64,000 nt of DNA, from positions 4,331,610 through 4,395,609 of the forward strand of contig BDGG01000003.1 in the NCBI GenBank assembly GCA_001949185.1, in the 5' to 3' direction. The notes under the pieces were generated by a model. It worked only from the letters and a program-made list of their open reading frames with translations, was not told the DNA's origin and searched no databases. Origin of the DNA: Ramazzottius varieornatus. Its lineage: Eukaryota > Animalia > Tardigrada. Position numbers and translations under genes: made by a program. Positions within the stretch are counted from its first letter, which is position 1. Every line of letters begins with the position of its first letter. Of this stretch, positions 62,645 through 64,000 are shown one piece after another.

Positions 62645-64000
62645 TCCGTGCTGGGGTTCTGGGACATCGCCAGAAGAGTCCAGACGTGGGGGAAGCTGAA
62701 GATCGTGAAACGAACGGCGTCCGAAGGAGACTTACGAGCCATCGCGCTCCGGATTACCGAAGACGAGTCAATATTCAAACCCACCTTTCCTGGATTCTTT
62801 ACAGCGATAGCTCTTGTAGCGTTGACCTTCGTCATGATCCACGTCACAGCAACAGTGGACGCCCTCACATTGACAACGCTCTTCGAGTCGTAGACGGAAG
62901 TACTGGATTGAACGACGAAGAAATGCTGGTGCTGGAATCCCTGCTAGACATCCAAGAATTCCAGAAAACGGACCACAACTCGGGAATTATCGTCTTCGGG
63001 AAAGGAGCGGAGTTAGTCATCATGGAATCCCTGACGGAGCTTGACACTCTCCAAGAAAGCTTGCGTCGGGATAGTTCTCAGAAGTTACGATCTTACATTA
63101 GCCCAAGTGTATATTATGTACAAGAAGAGCTGATCTCTATCTGCTGTTATCTTCCATAGAACAGCACGGGTGCATCTTCTTCGTAACCTTCTGCTGTTAA
63201 GTTTGGCTCATGGTGCTTCCTAGATGCTGTGGAAAGTGTGATGTGCGGCTTGTATTTTGCAGAATGGCGAGGAACCACTGGACAAGTCTCTCCCTGCTAA
63301 TCACGCTGCGGTACATCACCTACCTCCGATTCGCCTCAAGTTCTCCTTGCCGGACGAATATCCCCTGAAGCAGCCGGCTAACGTGTGCGTCTCAGCCTGC
63401 TGGCTGCCTCGCAGAATCGTAAGTACATGTCGCTTAACAGACATTCACGGTCGGCGCTGCAAACTGCACCGGAAATGACCCGGAAGTCTTCGGTCGTTTT
63501 GGACAATTTCTCCCTAGGCTATGCCCGAGGTCGACATGTTGACTGGTGTCCATCTTCGCAGGCTCAAAGCGTCGAAGTACAAGCCAAGAAGATATGGGAG
63601 GACAACGGCCACCAAGCAGTGCTGTACGAGCTCTTTCAGTTCGCGACAGATCGCGCCACTTCCGGCGACTACTTCCCCTTCGCCAGTCCATGTCTACCCA
63701 TCTTCCCACACGATGTGGTCTCTGCTGCTAACTGCAGCTCCCTCGTGGACTCTCACAACCTCCTGGTAGTGTCGCATCCCGTCAAACTATTTCGTTCCAT
63801 GGTGCACTTCGACGACAACCGCGTAGTGGTGGTCTTTCAGCGGCAGCAGCATCGATGTCCAGTTTGCTTCGGCTCCTTCGCCGGTACAGAGTTTACTCGC
63901 CTGACCAACTGTCGGCACTTTGTCTGCAAGGAATGCATCAAGTCCTTATGTCTTACTCTGATAAAAGAGGGATCGTTGCATAAGCTGCAGTGTATGGAGT
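62645..64000 (+). CDS. RNF14: RNF14-like RWD + RBR E3 ligase, partial (runs off the window; start uncertain)
   Basis: RWD 'DEEMLVLESL...HLPPIRLKFSLPDEYP...SACWL...IWEDNGHQAVLY' and RING1 'CPVCF...CRHFVCKEC...IKEG.LHKLQC'. Confidence 0.85.

Noticed and set aside
62648-62893. Overlapping 81-aa ORF with a hydrophobic segment upstream of the RNF14 RWD domain
   Set aside because: No ATG start or recognisable family; it cannot be distinguished from an alternative frame of the RNF14 5' region without RNA data.

Overview
Eukaryotic, gene-dense window from a compact-genome protostome invertebrate. Basal introns are about 55-85 nt. An HR96-type receptor suggests a protostome, and a TTC25/ODAD4-like gene argues for motile axonemes; the species cannot be identified from sequence alone. 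About 16 intron-containing genes are present: TTC25/ODAD4-like, SLC46/PCFT-like MFS transporter, an orphan, JMJD8-like JmjC+TPR, a coiled-coil protein, INTS8, two BAZ1/ACF1-WSTF-like paralogues, PQLC1/SLC66A2, PIGZ, a type I membrane protein, a short DNAJC16-like gene, HR96/NR1J, a Piwi-clade Argonaute, SRRM2/CWC21 and a partial RNF14. There is also a full-length but nonsense-mutated mariner and several MITEs. The dominant unexplained signal is a ~111-bp palindromic element at about 34 loci (~44 units; 28 loci intronic, 6 intergenic, none in coding exons). Its core is AAGTGGCGCA-N27-TGCGCCACTT: the half-sites and the 27-nt spacer length are conserved while the spacer sequence is heavily diverged, and tandem dimers fall at two discrete periods (72-73 and 80-83 bp). 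This looks more like a constrained DNA-binding or chromatin element than a neutrally decaying MITE (inference). The Piwi gene is atypical: D-E-D-R instead of D-E-D-H, no N-terminal RG repeats, and an intron that only splices in frame with a GA 5' donor. All family assignments come from recalled motifs, not database searches. Exon boundaries were read by eye.
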